A stretch of DNA of 64,000 nt from the human T2T-CHM13v2.0 reference genome, Homo sapiens (GCF_009914755.1 NC_060947.1); one strand, 5' to 3'. Shown: positions 13,951 through 27,764, counted from the first letter of the stretch. Numbers and translations are program-made. Notes: generated from the sequence alone by a model not told the origin.

Positions 13951-14720
13951 TCTCAAAAACTCTGTCAGCTAAGTGTTTTAATATTTACTTTATAGATTAT
14001 AAAAATTAAATGTATAGAGATTATGTAAAAGTCATATACTTGTATGTGATAGGTTCTCAAAAATTGTCATTAAAGAAATAGAATTCAAATCCCTATGATT
14101 CTAAAGACACCATGCTGTCACTCTTACTATTTTCCATCTGTTTTTAATGAATTCACTTATTAATCAGATGAAAAGTCCCTTAAAGATATCTTAAATACAA
14201 AATGTGAATACCACGCTAAACAATAACATATAACAGTTTTCTTACCACTGACTCTGTAACAATTCAGTATTCTAATCTGGTCTTTCTATTTAACACTAAC
14301 TATATATTGTTATAATATGTAAAAAATATACAGCTAAAATTTATATTGAAAATAATCTTTGTTTTTATATTTTGATATTATAAAAATGTTTCACTATGTT
14401 GCAAATAGCCAGACTATTCTAAAATACTTATTTTCAGTGATGTCTTAAATCCTTATTTTCCATTAATAATAAATAAGGCAAACAGCTGACTACACCACTG
14501 ATCCAAAAGGATGATTTGGCAGTTCCTGCCTCAGAGATTATGTTCATTTTCATGTTTATATTTTATTTAATTTACTTTGGAAGAAATGCTTTCATTTTCC
14601 TCTTTGTAACTAGAATAATCCCCATTATGAATTCAAAACAGTAGCAGTAAAAAACAAAGGCTTATTTTATTTAAAGCCAGAAATAATCAAGTTATAACAA
14701 TGCACTCATTCACTCACCCC

Positions 14721-14857
14721 TGCACACACACATGCATGCGTATCTACATACATAGACACACACACACACGTGTGTATGTGTGTGCACGTATGCATATATG
14801 CATGTGTGTGGTGCATATATATGTGTGTAGTGTGTGGGTGTATGGGTGTATGTGTGT
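14721..14857. repeat. (CA)n/(TG)n alternating purine-pyrimidine tract
   Basis: CA-rich left half and TG-rich right half meeting at cacacacgtgtgt. Confidence 0.9.
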
Positions 14858-14959
14858 AAAAATGTAAAATTCTGACTTATGTGGTATATATTCATTAATA
14901 AACTCTAATGGATAGTCCTTACTCTTTGTTTTGGTCACCCAATCTATGAACCAATACAA

Positions 14960-15480
14960 CACTTATGGAAAACCTCACTTTATGAGACAGAACCTGTCTG
15001 TCCTTATAGAGGCTGAAAATGCCAGCTACTTGATTTCTGAGCATCCCTGAAAGCTATGGTCTAGCATGTGACTGTGGCTCTGTCAATCAATTTTTTTTTC
15101 CCCTCTGGAGAGTGGACTAGAAGCTATTAATAAGAATAAAAAACTGCTCAGAATCTATTCTAGCGATAGAAAGCAGAAGCTACTTTCAGTATGCAGAAGA
15201 AGCCTATCAGTGATTCAAATGATGGTATTTAGTGACCCATTTAATTATTATTTGTAGTTCCAGCTATAGTGTGTCTGCCCAGGGATTCTAGCAGTAAGTT
15301 GTTTCCTGGAACAATTCCACAGTGTGATTACTGGGCATAATTTTAAGCTGTTCAACTCCAGTCCTGATTCTTGAACCTTTCAGATATTTTAGATATTCTA
15401 GAAACTGCCCAATATCGTTTTAGTAAGTTTAATTTCTGTGTGACTAAGCCACAGTAAGTCATGATTATTCTGACTGACAT
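14960..15480. mobile_element. LTR33/LTR16-like ERVL LTR
   Basis: gtccttatagaggctgaaaatgccagctac...agcatgtgactgtggctctgtcaatcaa, ending with tattctgactgaca. Confidence 0.6.
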
Positions 15481-15884
15481 AAAACTTGATACTAGAAGAG
15501 ATCAAAGACAATAGATCCTTAAGGAAAGGGGGGAAATCACCTCTTTCCCTAAAAAAGAAAATTGTTATATAGCCAGGTTGGCACTGAAGGAAGTAAATCT
15601 CCACTTAATAATAAAGAATGAGACTCTAGCATTCTGTACCACAGAATGAGAAACAAATTCATGAAATTATCCTTGGTGTCTCTTGGAATTGAGTGTTTGT
15701 TAATGATTTGACTAAAGAAATCCAAGTAGTGGCTGTCCTATAAAAGTATAAAGGTCACGAGTATTCCAAATCTGTAGGATAGCATAGTTGCTTGAAAAGG
15801 CATTGAGATTTGTAAATACAATGAGAATGTCATGCTCACGTCATAATTTCCTTTCAAGGCAGTATTGAAATATAATTGACTTTC

Positions 15885-16278
15885 TTTTAAAATTTTTTAA
15901 TTTTTTATTTCTGTGGGTACATAATAGGTGTATATATTTGTGCGGTACATGAGATATTTTGATATAGGCATGTTATGTGAAATAATCACATCATGGAGAA
16001 TGGAGTATCCTTCCCTTCAAGCGTTTATCCTTTGAGTTAAAAACAATCCAATTACACTCTTTAAGTTATTTTTAAATGTACAATTAAGAACATGTGAAGT
16101 TTGTATTTCTCTTCCAGGCTTATTTCACTTAACATAATGATCTCCAGCTCCATCCATGTTGTTGTAAATTGCTAGATCTCATTGTTTTTATGGCTGAATA
16201 GTACTCCATTGTGTATATTCACCATACTTTCTTTATCCATTCATCTGTTGATGGAAACTTAGGTTTCTTCCAAATCTC
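15885..16278 (-). mobile_element. L1MA1-3 3' end with internal deletion
   Basis: ttttatttctgtgggtacataataggtgtatatatt...atcacatcatggagaatggagtatcc...tccagctccatccatgttgttg. Confidence 0.88.
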
Positions 16279-16787
16279 AAACGTCTCCCTGGTTAACACT
16301 CTCAGAAGAAGGCCTCCTGGTTTCTAACACCCAGATTTCATGGAGAGCACAATCTCTCACAAAAATTTTATTCAATATTTATGGAGAAAAAATATATTTA
16401 TACTCTCAAAATGCAATATATTATTAACAAACAAGATGCCATTTTACAATATTTATAGAAATGCCTTAAGCATTTAATGGTTAACATAATATTTGTTACT
16501 TACATGTAGTTTTTTATGGCACTTTGGTAATAAATTATTTAGGAATTTGAGTTGACATGAAACACAAAACACTTTTTATTTAAAAAAAATAAAATAGGCC
16601 CCTCATTATTTTCAGGCAAAATATCTGATTTTAAGGAACAGATTACTAATGCTAAATGAGAGATGACTTAAGTGGCTTTTCCTCTTTTCTTCCTTTATAC
16701 TTTCTCTCTATTTTTATGGAGATACTTAATGATAGTTAAAATTTAAATTTTGTACATAGGTTATAGAATATCAAAAATATATATCTG

Positions 16788-17159
<372 letters not shown>

Positions 17160-17258
17160 GATATATGACAGAAATACAGTAGAGTAGATGTACTTTTCAT
17201 CTAAAGAACCTGGGCGTGAAGCTGGATACAGTAAATAATGAGCATTTTGCGTACAGTC

Positions 17259-17470
17259 CAGTTGTTCTCAAGCAGAGACAGTTTTAACCCCCAGAGATAT
17301 CTGGCAATGTTTGGAGATATTTTTGATTGTAACAACTGGGGAAGAGGTGCTACTGACATCTAGTGGGTAGATGAGAGGGATGCTGCTAAACATCCTACAC
17401 TGCAGGACAGCCCCTCACAGCAAAGAATTATCTGGACCAAATGTCAATAGTGCTGTGGTGAGAAACCCTG
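17259..17470. mobile_element. MER20 (hAT-Charlie)
   Basis: cagttgttctcaa...ctggcaatgtttggagatattttt...gacatctagtgggtag...ggatgctgctaaacatcctaca...aatgtcaatagtgctgtggtgagaaaccctg. Confidence 0.92.
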
Positions 17471-17669
17471 ATCTGATCTTGTATGAAGATAGACCATTTA
17501 CATTTCAGAAGGATACCTACAAATAATATTATTTCTCTTTAATAGAGGTGAAGAAATAGAAAACAAAAGCTGCGTGTTTATGTGCTAGTGCAAGAGGTAA
17601 ACTCTAAAGAATGTTTGCTACTATTTTGGCCACTCAGCATAACCATTCTCTATGTTTTAGGAATCTCCC

Positions 17670-17960
17670 AATTTATTAGGCAAATTGTCCTTCCACTATA
17701 GAAGCTAAAGATCCCAAATACTTGTTTTCTCCGCCTCTTTTGAACCTAGGGCCAAAGCACCAGAATTGGGTTCTATCAATTTCATGCACGTTCTTCAGAT
17801 TTGGAATTAGAAGCTGCCAGTGATGTGGAAAAGTACAATTGTAAAATCTGTTCTGGTCACACAAAAAAGGAATAGTGGAAACAATATCCACTTTCCAAAA
17901 GCAGCAGCATCTAATGCCCAGTGTTTGCAAGTTCAGCATTACACTCTGCAGAGTAATCAA
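17670..17960. mobile_element. LTR33-like ERVL LTR remnant
   Basis: tgtccttccactatagaagctaaagat...ttggaattagaagctgccagtg resembles the element at ~15 kb. Confidence 0.45.
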
Positions 17961-17963
17961 GTA

Positions 17964-18933
17964 CAGTCATGCCCTGCGTAACAACTTTTCAGTCAGCGAT
18001 GGAACACAGATACGACTTTGCTCCCATAAGGTTTCCATCACCTAGTAACGTGTTGATGCTGACACTGTGCATGCCTGGGCTAATGTGTTTGTTTGTATCT
18101 TAGTTTTTTAACAAAAGTTTAAAAAGTTAAATAAAAAAAAAAAACTTAACTAGAAAAGAGGAGACAGCAGGGAGGTGTGCCCATAATCCCAGCTACTTGG
18201 GAGGCTGAGGCAAAAGGATTGCTTGAGCCCAGGAGATAGAGACAAATCTGGCAACATAGCAAGACTCCCATCTCTAAAAAATATGTATAATAAAGAAGAA
18301 AGTTTTAAAGGAAAAAAATAAAATAGAAAAGAGCGTATGGAATAATAATATAAAAATATTTTTGTGCAACTGTACAATAGTTGGATTTTAAGCTAAGTAT
18401 TACTACGTAAGAACCACAAAGTTAAAATATTTAAAAGTTTATAAAGTAAAAATGTTACAGTAAGCTAAGGTTAATTTATGATGAGAAAATAAACCTTTCT
18501 ATAAGTCATGAGTAGCCTAAGTGTACAGTGTTTACAAAGTCTACAGTAGTATACAATAATGTCCTAGGCCTTTTCATTCACTCACCACTCAATGTCTCAC
18601 TCAGTGCAACTTCCAGTCCTGCAAGCTCTATTCATGGTAAGTGCATATAGGTGTAGCATTTTTAATCATTTATACTGCATTTTTACTGTACATTTTCTAT
18701 ATTTACATATGCAAATATTTAGCATTGTTTTCTAATTGCCTGAAGTATTCTGTACAGTAACATGTGTATAGAGTTATAGCCTGGGAGCAATAGGCTAGAC
18801 CATATAGCTTAGGTGTGCAGTAGGCTATGCTGTCTAGGTGTGTATAAGTACACTATGTTGTTCGTAAAATGATGATATTCTCTAACGATGCATTTCTCAG
18901 AACGTATCCTCATCATTAAGCAATGCACGACTG
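17964..18933. mobile_element. Tigger3 (Golem/MER7) non-autonomous element
   Basis: TIRs cagtcatgccctgcgtaac / ttaagcaatgcacgactg with TA on both sides; internal ggccttttcattcactcaccactc and tagcctgggagcaataggcta. Confidence 0.9.
18161..18323 (+). mobile_element. FLAM (Alu monomer) nested in Tigger3
   Basis: cccagctacttgggaggctgaggc...gattgcttgagcccaggag...gcaacatagcaagactccatctcta; tagaaaagag repeated at 18151 and 18324 as a likely TSD. Confidence 0.8.
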
Positions 18934-19164
18934 TATTTATTTCCTTCTTAATGCTGTCAAAGTCAAATCACGTTGCTTAAAACTAAGAGTTCTTTCTGTT
19001 AAAATCAATTATCACTTAGTGAGCTCCATCCATTGGCGTTGTCAAAATGTAGAGGAGGCTATATAAATAAGACACAGGCTCTGTTAGTGACCTTGCTTGT
19101 AGGGGAAATGTACTGGGTGTTATAGTACATACATGTTCAAGGAGCTATTGGGATACAGCTGGAA

Positions 19165-19680
19165 TTTTTTCTTGTGCTCATTTTGATTTCTTCTTTAATT
19201 TGTGGATTATTTAAGTAAATTGCCTAATTCTTAAACATTTGGAGATGTTTTAGTTATTCTTGTTACTAATTTCTAATTCAATATCTCAACAGTCAAAATA
19301 TGTTTAATGCTAATCTTTAAAACATGTTGAGGCATGCTTAAATTACAGTCATATAATGAATTTTGGGCCATGGTCTATATGTACTTGAAAAGTGATTTCT
19401 ATCTTTGTTGAGCAGAGTGTTTTGTATATTTCCATTTGATCAAACTTGATATTTGTGTTAAAAATCTTCTATGGGCTTTTGACTAATTTTTCTTCCTATT
19501 ACTGAGAAAATTGCGTTAAAATTTTTCACTATGACTGTGGATTTATCTATTTGTTTCTTATTTTCTGTCAGTTTTTGCTGTATGAGCTTTTGAAGAACAT
19601 TACTATTTGTATGAAAATTTAGAATTATTACATTGTTTTAGAAGACTGATCCTTTAATCATTATGATATGTGAAATATAT
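19165..19680 (-). mobile_element. Ancient L1M ORF2 fragment
   Basis: tgtacttgaaaagtgatttctatc...actgagaaaattgcgttaaaatttttcactatgactgtggatttatctatt is antisense to the L1 endonuclease region. Confidence 0.65.
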
Positions 19681-19689
19681 TCTGCTGGT

Positions 19690-22400
19690 ACGCCATTAGA
19701 ATTAATAACATAATTTAACAAGGTTGCTAAATACCAAGTCAATAAGAAAAAAAATCACTTTTACTTGTATACATCAATAGCAAACAGGAAATTACATTTT
19801 TTTAAATGATGCTCTTGGCAGTAACATCTAAAAAAATGAAATGGATCAGAAAATATCTAATGAGACCCCCTACATTAAAAACCATAAAACATTACTGAGA
19901 AAAATTAAAGAATACTGTATTAGTCTGTTTTCAGTCAGCTGATAAAGACTTATCCAAGACTGGGCAATTTACAAAAGAAAGAGGTGTGTTGACAGTTCCA
20001 CGTGGCTGGAGAAACCTCACAATCATGGTAGAAGGTGAAAGGCATGTCTCACATGGCAGCAGACAAGAGAAGAGATCTTGTGCAGAGAATCTCCCATTTT
20101 TAAAACCATCAGATCTTGTGACTTATTCACTATCACGAGAACAGCATAGGAAAGACCAGCTCCCATGATTCAATTACCTCCAACCAGATTCCTTCCACGA
20201 CACATGGGAATTGTGCAAGTTACAATTCAAGATGAGATTTGGGTGGGAACACAGCCAAACCATATCATTCTGCCCCTGGCCCCTCCCAAATATCTTGTCC
20301 TCACATTTCAAAATCAATCATGCCTTCCCAACAAACCCCCAAAGTCTCAACTCATTTCAGCATTTCAAAAGTCCACATTTCAAAAGTCCACAGTCCAAAG
20401 GCTCATCTGAGACAAGCCAAGTCCCTTCTACCTATGAGCCAGTAAAATAAAAAACAAGTTAGTTACTTCCTAGATACAACGGAGTACAGGTATTGGGTAA
20501 ATACAGCCATTCCAAATGGGAGAAATTCGCCAAAACAAAGGGGCTACAGGCCCCATGCAAGTCCAAAATCCAGTGAGGCAGTCAAATCTTAAAGCTCTAA
20601 AGTGATCTCTTTGACTTAATGTCTCACATCCAGGTCATGCTGATGCAAGAGGTAGGCTCCCACAGCCTTGGGAAGCTCCCCTGTGGTTTTGCAGGGTATA
20701 GCCCCCCTCCTGGCTGCTTTTATGGGCTGGCATTGACTGTCTGTGGCTTTTCCAGGCACATGGTGCAATCTACCATTCTGGGGTCTGGAGGATAGTAGCT
20801 CTCTTCTCATAGCTCCAATAAGCAGTGCCCCTGTGGGGACTCTGCGTAGGGGATCCCACCCCTGCGTTTCCCTTCTGCACTGCCCTAGCAAAGGTCCTCC
20901 ATGAGCACCTCGCCCCTGCAGCAAACTTCTGCCTGGACATTCAGGTGTTTCCATACATCCTCTGAAATCTAGGCAGAGGTTCCCAAACCCCAATTCTTGA
21001 CTCCATGCACTTGCAAGCTCAACACCATATGGAAGCCACCAAGGCTTGGGACTTGCATCCTCTGAAGCCACAGCCCAAGCTCTATGTTGGCCCCTTTCAG
21101 GCACAGCTGGAGTGGCTGGGTCCCAGGGCACCAAGTCCCTTGGCTGCACACAGCATGGGAACCCTAGGTCCAGCCCGCAAAACCACTTTTTCTTCCTAGG
21201 CCTAGGGGCCTGTGATGGGAGGGGCTGTCGTGAAGACCTCTGACATGCCCTGGAGACATTTTCCCCATTACTTTGGGGATTAACATTAGGCTTCTCTTTA
21301 CTTATGCAAATTTCTGCAACTGGCTTGAATTTCTCTTCACAAAATGGATTTTTCTTTTCTATTGCATTGTCAGGCTGCAAATTTTCTGATCTTTTATGCT
21401 CTACTTCCCTTTTAAAACTGAATGCTTTTACAGCACCCAAGACACCTCTTGAATGCTTTGCTTCTTAGAAATTTTTTCCACCAGATATTCTAAATCAACT
21501 CCCACAAATTCAAAGTTCCACAAATCTCCAGGCCAGGGGCAAAATGCCACAAGTCTCTTTGCTAAAAGTAAGAAGAGTCACCTTATCTCTAGTTTCCAAC
21601 AAATTCCTCATCTCTATCTGAGACCACCTCAGCCTAAATTCATTGTCTATATCATTATCAGTATTTTGGTCAAAGCCATTCAACAACTCTGGGAGTTCTA
21701 AACTTTCCCACGTTTTCCTGTTTTCTTCTGAGCCCTCCAAACTGTTCCAACCTCTGCCTGTTACCCAGTCCCAATTCGCTTCCACATATTCGGTTATCTT
21801 TTCAGCAGTGCCACACTCTACTGGTACAAATTTACTGTATTAGTCCATTTTCATGCTGCTGATAAAGACTTACTTGAGACTGGGCAATTTACAAGAGAAA
21901 GAGGTTTATTGAACTTACAGTTCCACGTGGCTGGGGAGACTGCACAATCATGGCGGAAGGTAAAAGGCATGTCTCACATGGTAGGAGACAAGAGAAGAGA
22001 GCTCGTGCAGGGAAATTCTCAGTTATAAAACCATCAGATCTCCTGAGACTTATTCACTATCATAAGAACAGCACAGGAAAGAGCCCCCCGCCCGTGATTC
22101 AATTACCTCCCACCAGGTTCCCTCCACAACACATGGGAATTGTGGGAGTTACAATTCAAGATGAGATTTGGGTGGGGACACAGCCAAACCATATCAAATA
22201 CCTTAGTAAATTAAGGAATATACAATGTTCATGAAATGAGGAACTCAGCTTATTAAAGAGATCAATATCCCACAGATTAGCCTAAGTTACAATGTAATCA
22301 ACCAAATTTCATTTTTTTCTTTTAAGTTTTGTGTTTTGCTGTTGTATTTTTTGTCTTTTTGCTTATTTATTTTTTGTTTCTTTGTGGACATTTACAATGG
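19690..22400 (+). mobile_element. L1M ORF2 fragment split by the THE1 insertion (L1 parts 19690-19915 and 22202-22400)
   Basis: ataaaacattactgagaaaaattaaagaatac|THE1|cttagtaaattaaggaatatacaatgttcatg reads through as contiguous L1 ORF2 sequence. Confidence 0.7.
19916..22196 (-). mobile_element. Full-length THE1 (THE1A/B-like) MaLR provirus: LTRs 21836-22196 and 19916-20267, THE1-int 20268-21835
   Basis: Two direct LTRs tgtattagtc...ccaaaccatatca, characteristic THE1 internal sequence, perfect 5-bp TSD AATAC (19911-19915 and 22197-22201). Confidence 0.96.
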
Positions 22401-23688
22401 TTTTAGAAGCACGGGAAAGTCTGCCCTCCTACAATAGAAAATTGCCACTTTCTCTCTCATTGATGTTGAAATCCCACATTTAAATATTCACTGTACAATT
22501 TTACTTTCCTTTGCTCCTCTTTTAGTGGCACTCCTCCATCTCTCTGGGAGATCCAACACTTGAGGGCTTATGAGCCGTTTCAGTATGAATGAAAGGGAGA
22601 AGAACAGAACAGAGGTAAGAGGCATCGAGAAGGGTAAAGAAAAATGAGATCAATAAAGACAACCACAGGCTATACAGAGACAGGCCTTTTTCTATTTCTC
22701 AGTCCTACTTGGAGAAGCTCTGTTTAACAAAATTTAGAAAAGCCAATGGGCAAAGTATTTCTGCTTACTGCTTTATTGTCTATCCCAGTGTAAGCCAGAA
22801 AATGAATTAGTCACCACCTGTTTAATTAAAAAAATTAATTTAACACTTTAAATTTTTAAATAAAAGTTGAAAAATAAAAATCATATCTTTCTTTTTTAGT
22901 TGTTATATCATCTGGATTCCAAAACATGATATTCTGTTTTCTTTGGGACATAAGAATAAATGTTTTGATGTTTGTGACTATGTGATTAATTTGCCACATG
23001 GACTGGGAACAAAAAGATTTCAATACTTCTTAATATTTAAAGTTCAACCATTTGTCTTTGATAAAATGCTGAGCTCAGCAGTTCATATTTTTCTCATTTG
23101 TAAGATAGAGGGACTGAAATAGCTCATGAATGGGTTCTCTTTTACTCCTTTAAGAGTACATGACTCTAAGTCAGATGTTCATTTGATTATTCAGGAAATA
23201 CTTTATGAATAATGCAAGATAATTATATATGACTCTTCTCTTTTATACATAGCAATTTTTTTTCTAAATTTTTTCAGTGAAGGAGTAGATGTAAGTATCT
23301 ATTTTGCTAGAAATGAGGATTACAGCAAAGTCTAAGGTTTCACTTAGTTTAAAAAGTTGAAGATAAAAGAGTGAATATTGTTAATATCAACATTATTTAG
23401 AAAATAGGTTTTACATCTCACAGATTCCATTCAGAAACTCATAATGTTTTAAATCATCCAGAAATGCTCGAAGGGCAGACAACTTATTCTGTGTGTGACA
23501 CTTATAATAACACAAAACTTTGATTTCTTAAATATGATTTCTAACTCAAACTCCTTTATTTACTCTGGCAAAACATATAAAAATAAAACAAAATTAAATT
23601 AAGTGACCAAAAAAGATGTAAATTGCCTGTGTTAGATAATATTTAAAATATAACTTCCTGATGTTAGAATGCCCTAACTTGAGAAAGG

Positions 23689-24098
23689 TGTCTGAATCTG
23701 CTATAAAGAAATACCTGAGGCTTGGTAATTTATAAAGAAAAGGGATTTATTTTGCTCACTGTTCTTCAGGCTATAAAGCATGGCTTCAGCATCTGCTTCT
23801 GCTGAGAGCCTCAGAAAGCTTCCGGCTATGGCAGAAAGTGAAGGTCAGCAAGCATCACATGGTAAGGGGGAAGGAAAAAGAGAGGGGCGGGAGGTGCCAG
23901 ACTTTTCTAAGCAACCAGATCTCACATGAACTAATAGAGCAACAAGCAATAACTCACTAATTACCAAGGAAAGGGCACCAAGCCATTCATGAGGGATCCT
24001 CCCCCATTACCAAACATCTCCCTTTAGGCCCCACCTCCAAAATTAGGGATCAAATTTCATCACGAGATTTGGACGGGACAAAAATCCAAACTATATCA
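23689..24098 (-). mobile_element. MSTB-like MaLR solo LTR
   Basis: ctgctataaagaaatacctgaggcttggtaatttataaagaaaa...caccaagccattcatgagggatc...atccaaactatatca; TSD-like aaagg/acagg. Confidence 0.88.
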
Positions 24099-24454
24099 AC
24101 AGGCAAATTAGTAGATGAATTATTTAAAAGCTTGCTATCTCTACAGTTTGATGCTTTTAGATAGGATTTAATCAATCAACAAATAGTTATATCCAAAGTT
24201 ACTTAGACTAGTGGTCTTTAAATTGTGGTTCTTGGAATTTTGAGATTTTTCACAAGGAGATTTAGAAATTTACCAAAGAGGTAGGGATACAAATAACCAA
24301 AGCAGCATTTATTTAAAAGTTTGCAAATTCATTGGATTACATATAAAATTTCGATTTAAAGGTGGAATATGTTGCTGTAAACATTTGGATACCACTGATT
24401 TATGCGTAAACAATATTTTCAATTATATAGATTAATAAGGTAATTGATTAAAAA

Positions 24455-24680
24455 TAATATCTATTGTATATTGAGCATTTATTAAATCCCAGGCACTGTT
24501 TGAGTGCTTAAGGTGCACTAACTTACTTCATCCTAACACCAATCCAGTGGTCATTATCTATATTTTACAGATGTAGAAATGAAGACACTGGACAATTAAA
24601 TAACTGTTCCAATTAGTAAATAAAGAAACCATGACCAAACTCAGACTATTTAGCTCCAGAGTGTTCACTTTTACCTATGA
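24455..24680 (-). mobile_element. MIR
   Basis: attgagcatttattaaatcccaggcactg...tattttacagatgtagaaatgaagac...gctccagagtgttcacttt. Confidence 0.7.
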
Positions 24681-24869
24681 CAGTAATTTACTTTCTTAGG
24701 ACCTCCTTAGGATAATGGACATTTTTGAAAGCTAGACAAAAGTGAGAAAGTAGAATAAATTGGGTTTCTGTTCAGAAAAACAGCATTACAAAAGTGGCAT
24801 TAAAATATTCATCTAGTAATGAATGTAGGATAAATATATGATAGCAGAGCCTAGGTTTGGGTATTTGGG

Positions 24870-25700
24870 CTTATTCATTCATTCACTCATTGGACAAATA
24901 CTCAATGAGCCAGTCACTCTCATTTGCACTTAGGTTACGTTGATGAACAAAGCATACAGAGAATTCTGTCCTCTTGGACCTTGCCTTCTAATGGAAACAG
25001 AGACTAGAGTAGTTTCCTGGGCTTAAGGGCCTGGCCTAGGAAGTTAGCAATAAGCCTGTGAAGTAAAGAATAGGTTAAAACTATTTAAACAAATTTTTTG
25101 TACCTAAAAGTTATGACAATGGTAGAAGGATGGGAAAATCAGAAAGGAGGACTAGTTTTGGAAAAATGAATTGTTTTGAATAGCTGATTTTGAAGAAATA
25201 GCAAGACATCCATTTGTAAATATTTAGAAGGCAGTTAGCAATAGAAAGCTGAGCTTTAGTGAGATTAAACTACATAGATACCAGAGTCATTAACATTATT
25301 ATTAGGTAATATTCATCCCAATGGCAAGTTTTAGTTGGAATCACAAAATCGAATAATATTCTTATGGAGAAGGAAAGTCAGCAAGCCAAACACTGAAGAT
25401 TTGTGAATTCTCAAAATAATAGGAAAGGAGAAGTAAAAAAGATGCATTCAAAGTAACAAACTGATTTGCTGAATATGTAAGAGGAGTAACAAGGTAGAAT
25501 ATAGTCACAATTCAATGTAAATGTAACAGTCAACTACAGTCAATAAAATATCAAAAGCAATGGGGATTTTAAAATAAATGAGTCAGAAGGAAAACCTTTT
25601 ATTTGGGAATCCTAAAGCCATTATTGATGTTCAAAATAAAATCTTGCTAGAATGTTGAATGAAATCAGGGTAAAATGAGAAAAAAAATGCATAAATGCCA
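24870..25700 (-). mobile_element. L2 fragments
   Basis: attcattcattcactcatt 3' tail, gtcctcttggaccttgccttctaatgg, followed by decayed purine-rich L2 body. Confidence 0.6.
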
Positions 25701-26566
25701 CTTGTTTTACACATATCCTAGTACAAGCTAGGGGAGAAGTAGATTATTAGGAAGAAAGATCTCTTTTATTTTGGTAGTAAGGGCATCAAGAACAGAAAAG
25801 TATTTGGAAACCACAAATAAGCTGATGATTACAGAAAACATTACTTAGCTTTTAAAAAGCTGTGAAACAAATAGCTTACTAAGATGCAGACTAATTCCTT
25901 AGTCTTTCCACTACTATATGCTACTACCAAGAGAGTAACAGAAATCTGTCACATATTTATAACAATGCTTGCTCATTTTCCCAGCAATTTTTTCTTAATC
26001 TACTGCCTTTTGCTTCCTTGACTTGGCAATACAATAGGATTTTAGTGCAGGGACAATAGAGCAATAATGCTAGACTCATTTATAATCCAAACTTTTCAAA
26101 CATTTTCCCACATGAAAAGCAGTTAGGATTAATTAAAAAGAAAGCAAAGTGATAAATAAGAAATCTTCCTCTTATAAAGACTTTTAAAAACCTTTGTTCT
26201 GAAAAGCAGATATGAATCACTGACAGCATACATTCAGATATTAGCTAGGTGCACTCAAGCTTTCTTCCAGGGTAATTCTGCCCCCTACAGTCTTATCAAA
26301 TGAATGAAGGTGACTTTAGCTTGAAAGAAATCTGCTAAGTCTCTGATTTAGGCAGGAAGACAATATTTGGTTCATAAAATATCCCTGACCTATTAAATTT
26401 GAGGACCCTCTAACATAAAAGGTAACTTCACAGAATTTAACAAGTGGGCATATGAGTGGCTGTGTGATAACCACTGGAAAACAAAATTAAGTTTTATGAA
26501 AATCTAATTTTGTTCTCTAGTACTGAAAACATTATTGGTGACAATGTTGAATTTTACCAAAGCCCA

Positions 26567-27147
26567 ATAATTCTGGAAACTAGCAAAGATTAGGAAATTC
26601 TCCTGCCTTTTGTTACCCCAAAATAGCTTATTGCAAAGATCTATCCTTCCCAGTAGATAAGATTCAGGGATGCCTCCCCTTGTTTTACTATGACATGGTC
26701 AAACAAAGATCCTCCAAATTCGCATATTTTGCCTCATAAATTATTAACTGAATTGCTTGGCCCTACTGATCAATCAGAAAAAAAAACTGCTTGCCAAGTT
26801 TCTCTTTCCTTCATGCCCCTGAACTCTGACCCACCATTAACCTGAGCCAAACCATAAACCTTCCGGAGAACAGGCTGGCCTCAGAGTAAAACATTTGATC
26901 TAGGATCTGATCGAGTGACCCTTTAATCTTACTTCCTCTGTTGTTTCTAGCTTTGTCTACTCCTTCCTATTGAAGAACAGCCCTTTTTGCCTAAACTTTG
27001 AGATGCTTGCAGGTATTACGATCAGAGCTTTATCCCTATTGTGATAGTTCTCCTCCCCCTATTGCAACAGACGTTCACCCCTACTTTGCAATAATCTTTT
27101 CAAATAAAGTCTCTCCTTACTAAGTTGAGATTTCTTTTCACTTGACA
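26567..27147 (+). mobile_element. MER67-like (ERV1, MER4-group) LTR
   Basis: cctccaaattc...tactgatcaatcaga...tttgagatgcttgcag...aataaagtctctccttactaag...ttgaca 3' end. Confidence 0.75.
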
Positions 27148-27289
27148 TTTGACAACTAGTAGAAGGAAGTAAATATTGCTGCATTTAGATATATGTGATT
27201 GTTGAGAATTGAAGACTCTAAGTACTAATTTGATGTATTTAGTGAATTATAAGTGTTAAATAATATAACAGAGTGCACGAAGATATATA

Positions 27290-27750
27290 TATTTAAGCAT
27301 CTGCTATGTGCAAAGGTATCTTCTACCAGGACACAATTAAACAAATCCATTTGTTCAGAAAGCACATACGTTAGTGCAGAAGACTACAATAAAATCATCA
27401 TGAGATGAGTTGACGGAAATATACACAAAATGTTATGCAAACATTTGATAAAGTCATTTATTTTGAATGCCTAGCGTGGGTAGCAGGAAAATAATGTGAC
27501 AGGAAAAGTTTTACAATGGAGGTGATATCTGAGAAGAGCATTAAATGTTGAGACATAGGGTTTTGTTAGATGAGCAAACTGTGAATAAGCTGCATTTGGC
27601 ATTGGGAACAAAGTGATCACAGAAAAAACAAGATATAACATGGCTTGTCTGGATAGTAAAAGTAATTGGAATTGATGCAATTGTAGAGCATGAATGCAAA
27701 ACAATTGAAGGGGAGCTGGAAAGATGAGCAAACACAAAGCAGCCTTTTAC
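27290..27750 (-). mobile_element. L2 fragment
   Basis: atatttaagcatctgctatgtgcaaagg...ggaggtgatatctgag... Confidence 0.6.
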
Positions 27751-27764
27751 AAAACTATGCAGAA

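Noticed and set aside
20361-20390. 15-bp tandem duplication catttcaaaagtcca in THE1-int
   Set aside because: Ordinary slippage-type tandem duplication with no further structure.
20616-21440. 274-aa minus-strand ORF as a novel protein
   Set aside because: It lies wholly within THE1-int; such decayed MaLR internal ORFs are common and nothing here suggests domestication.
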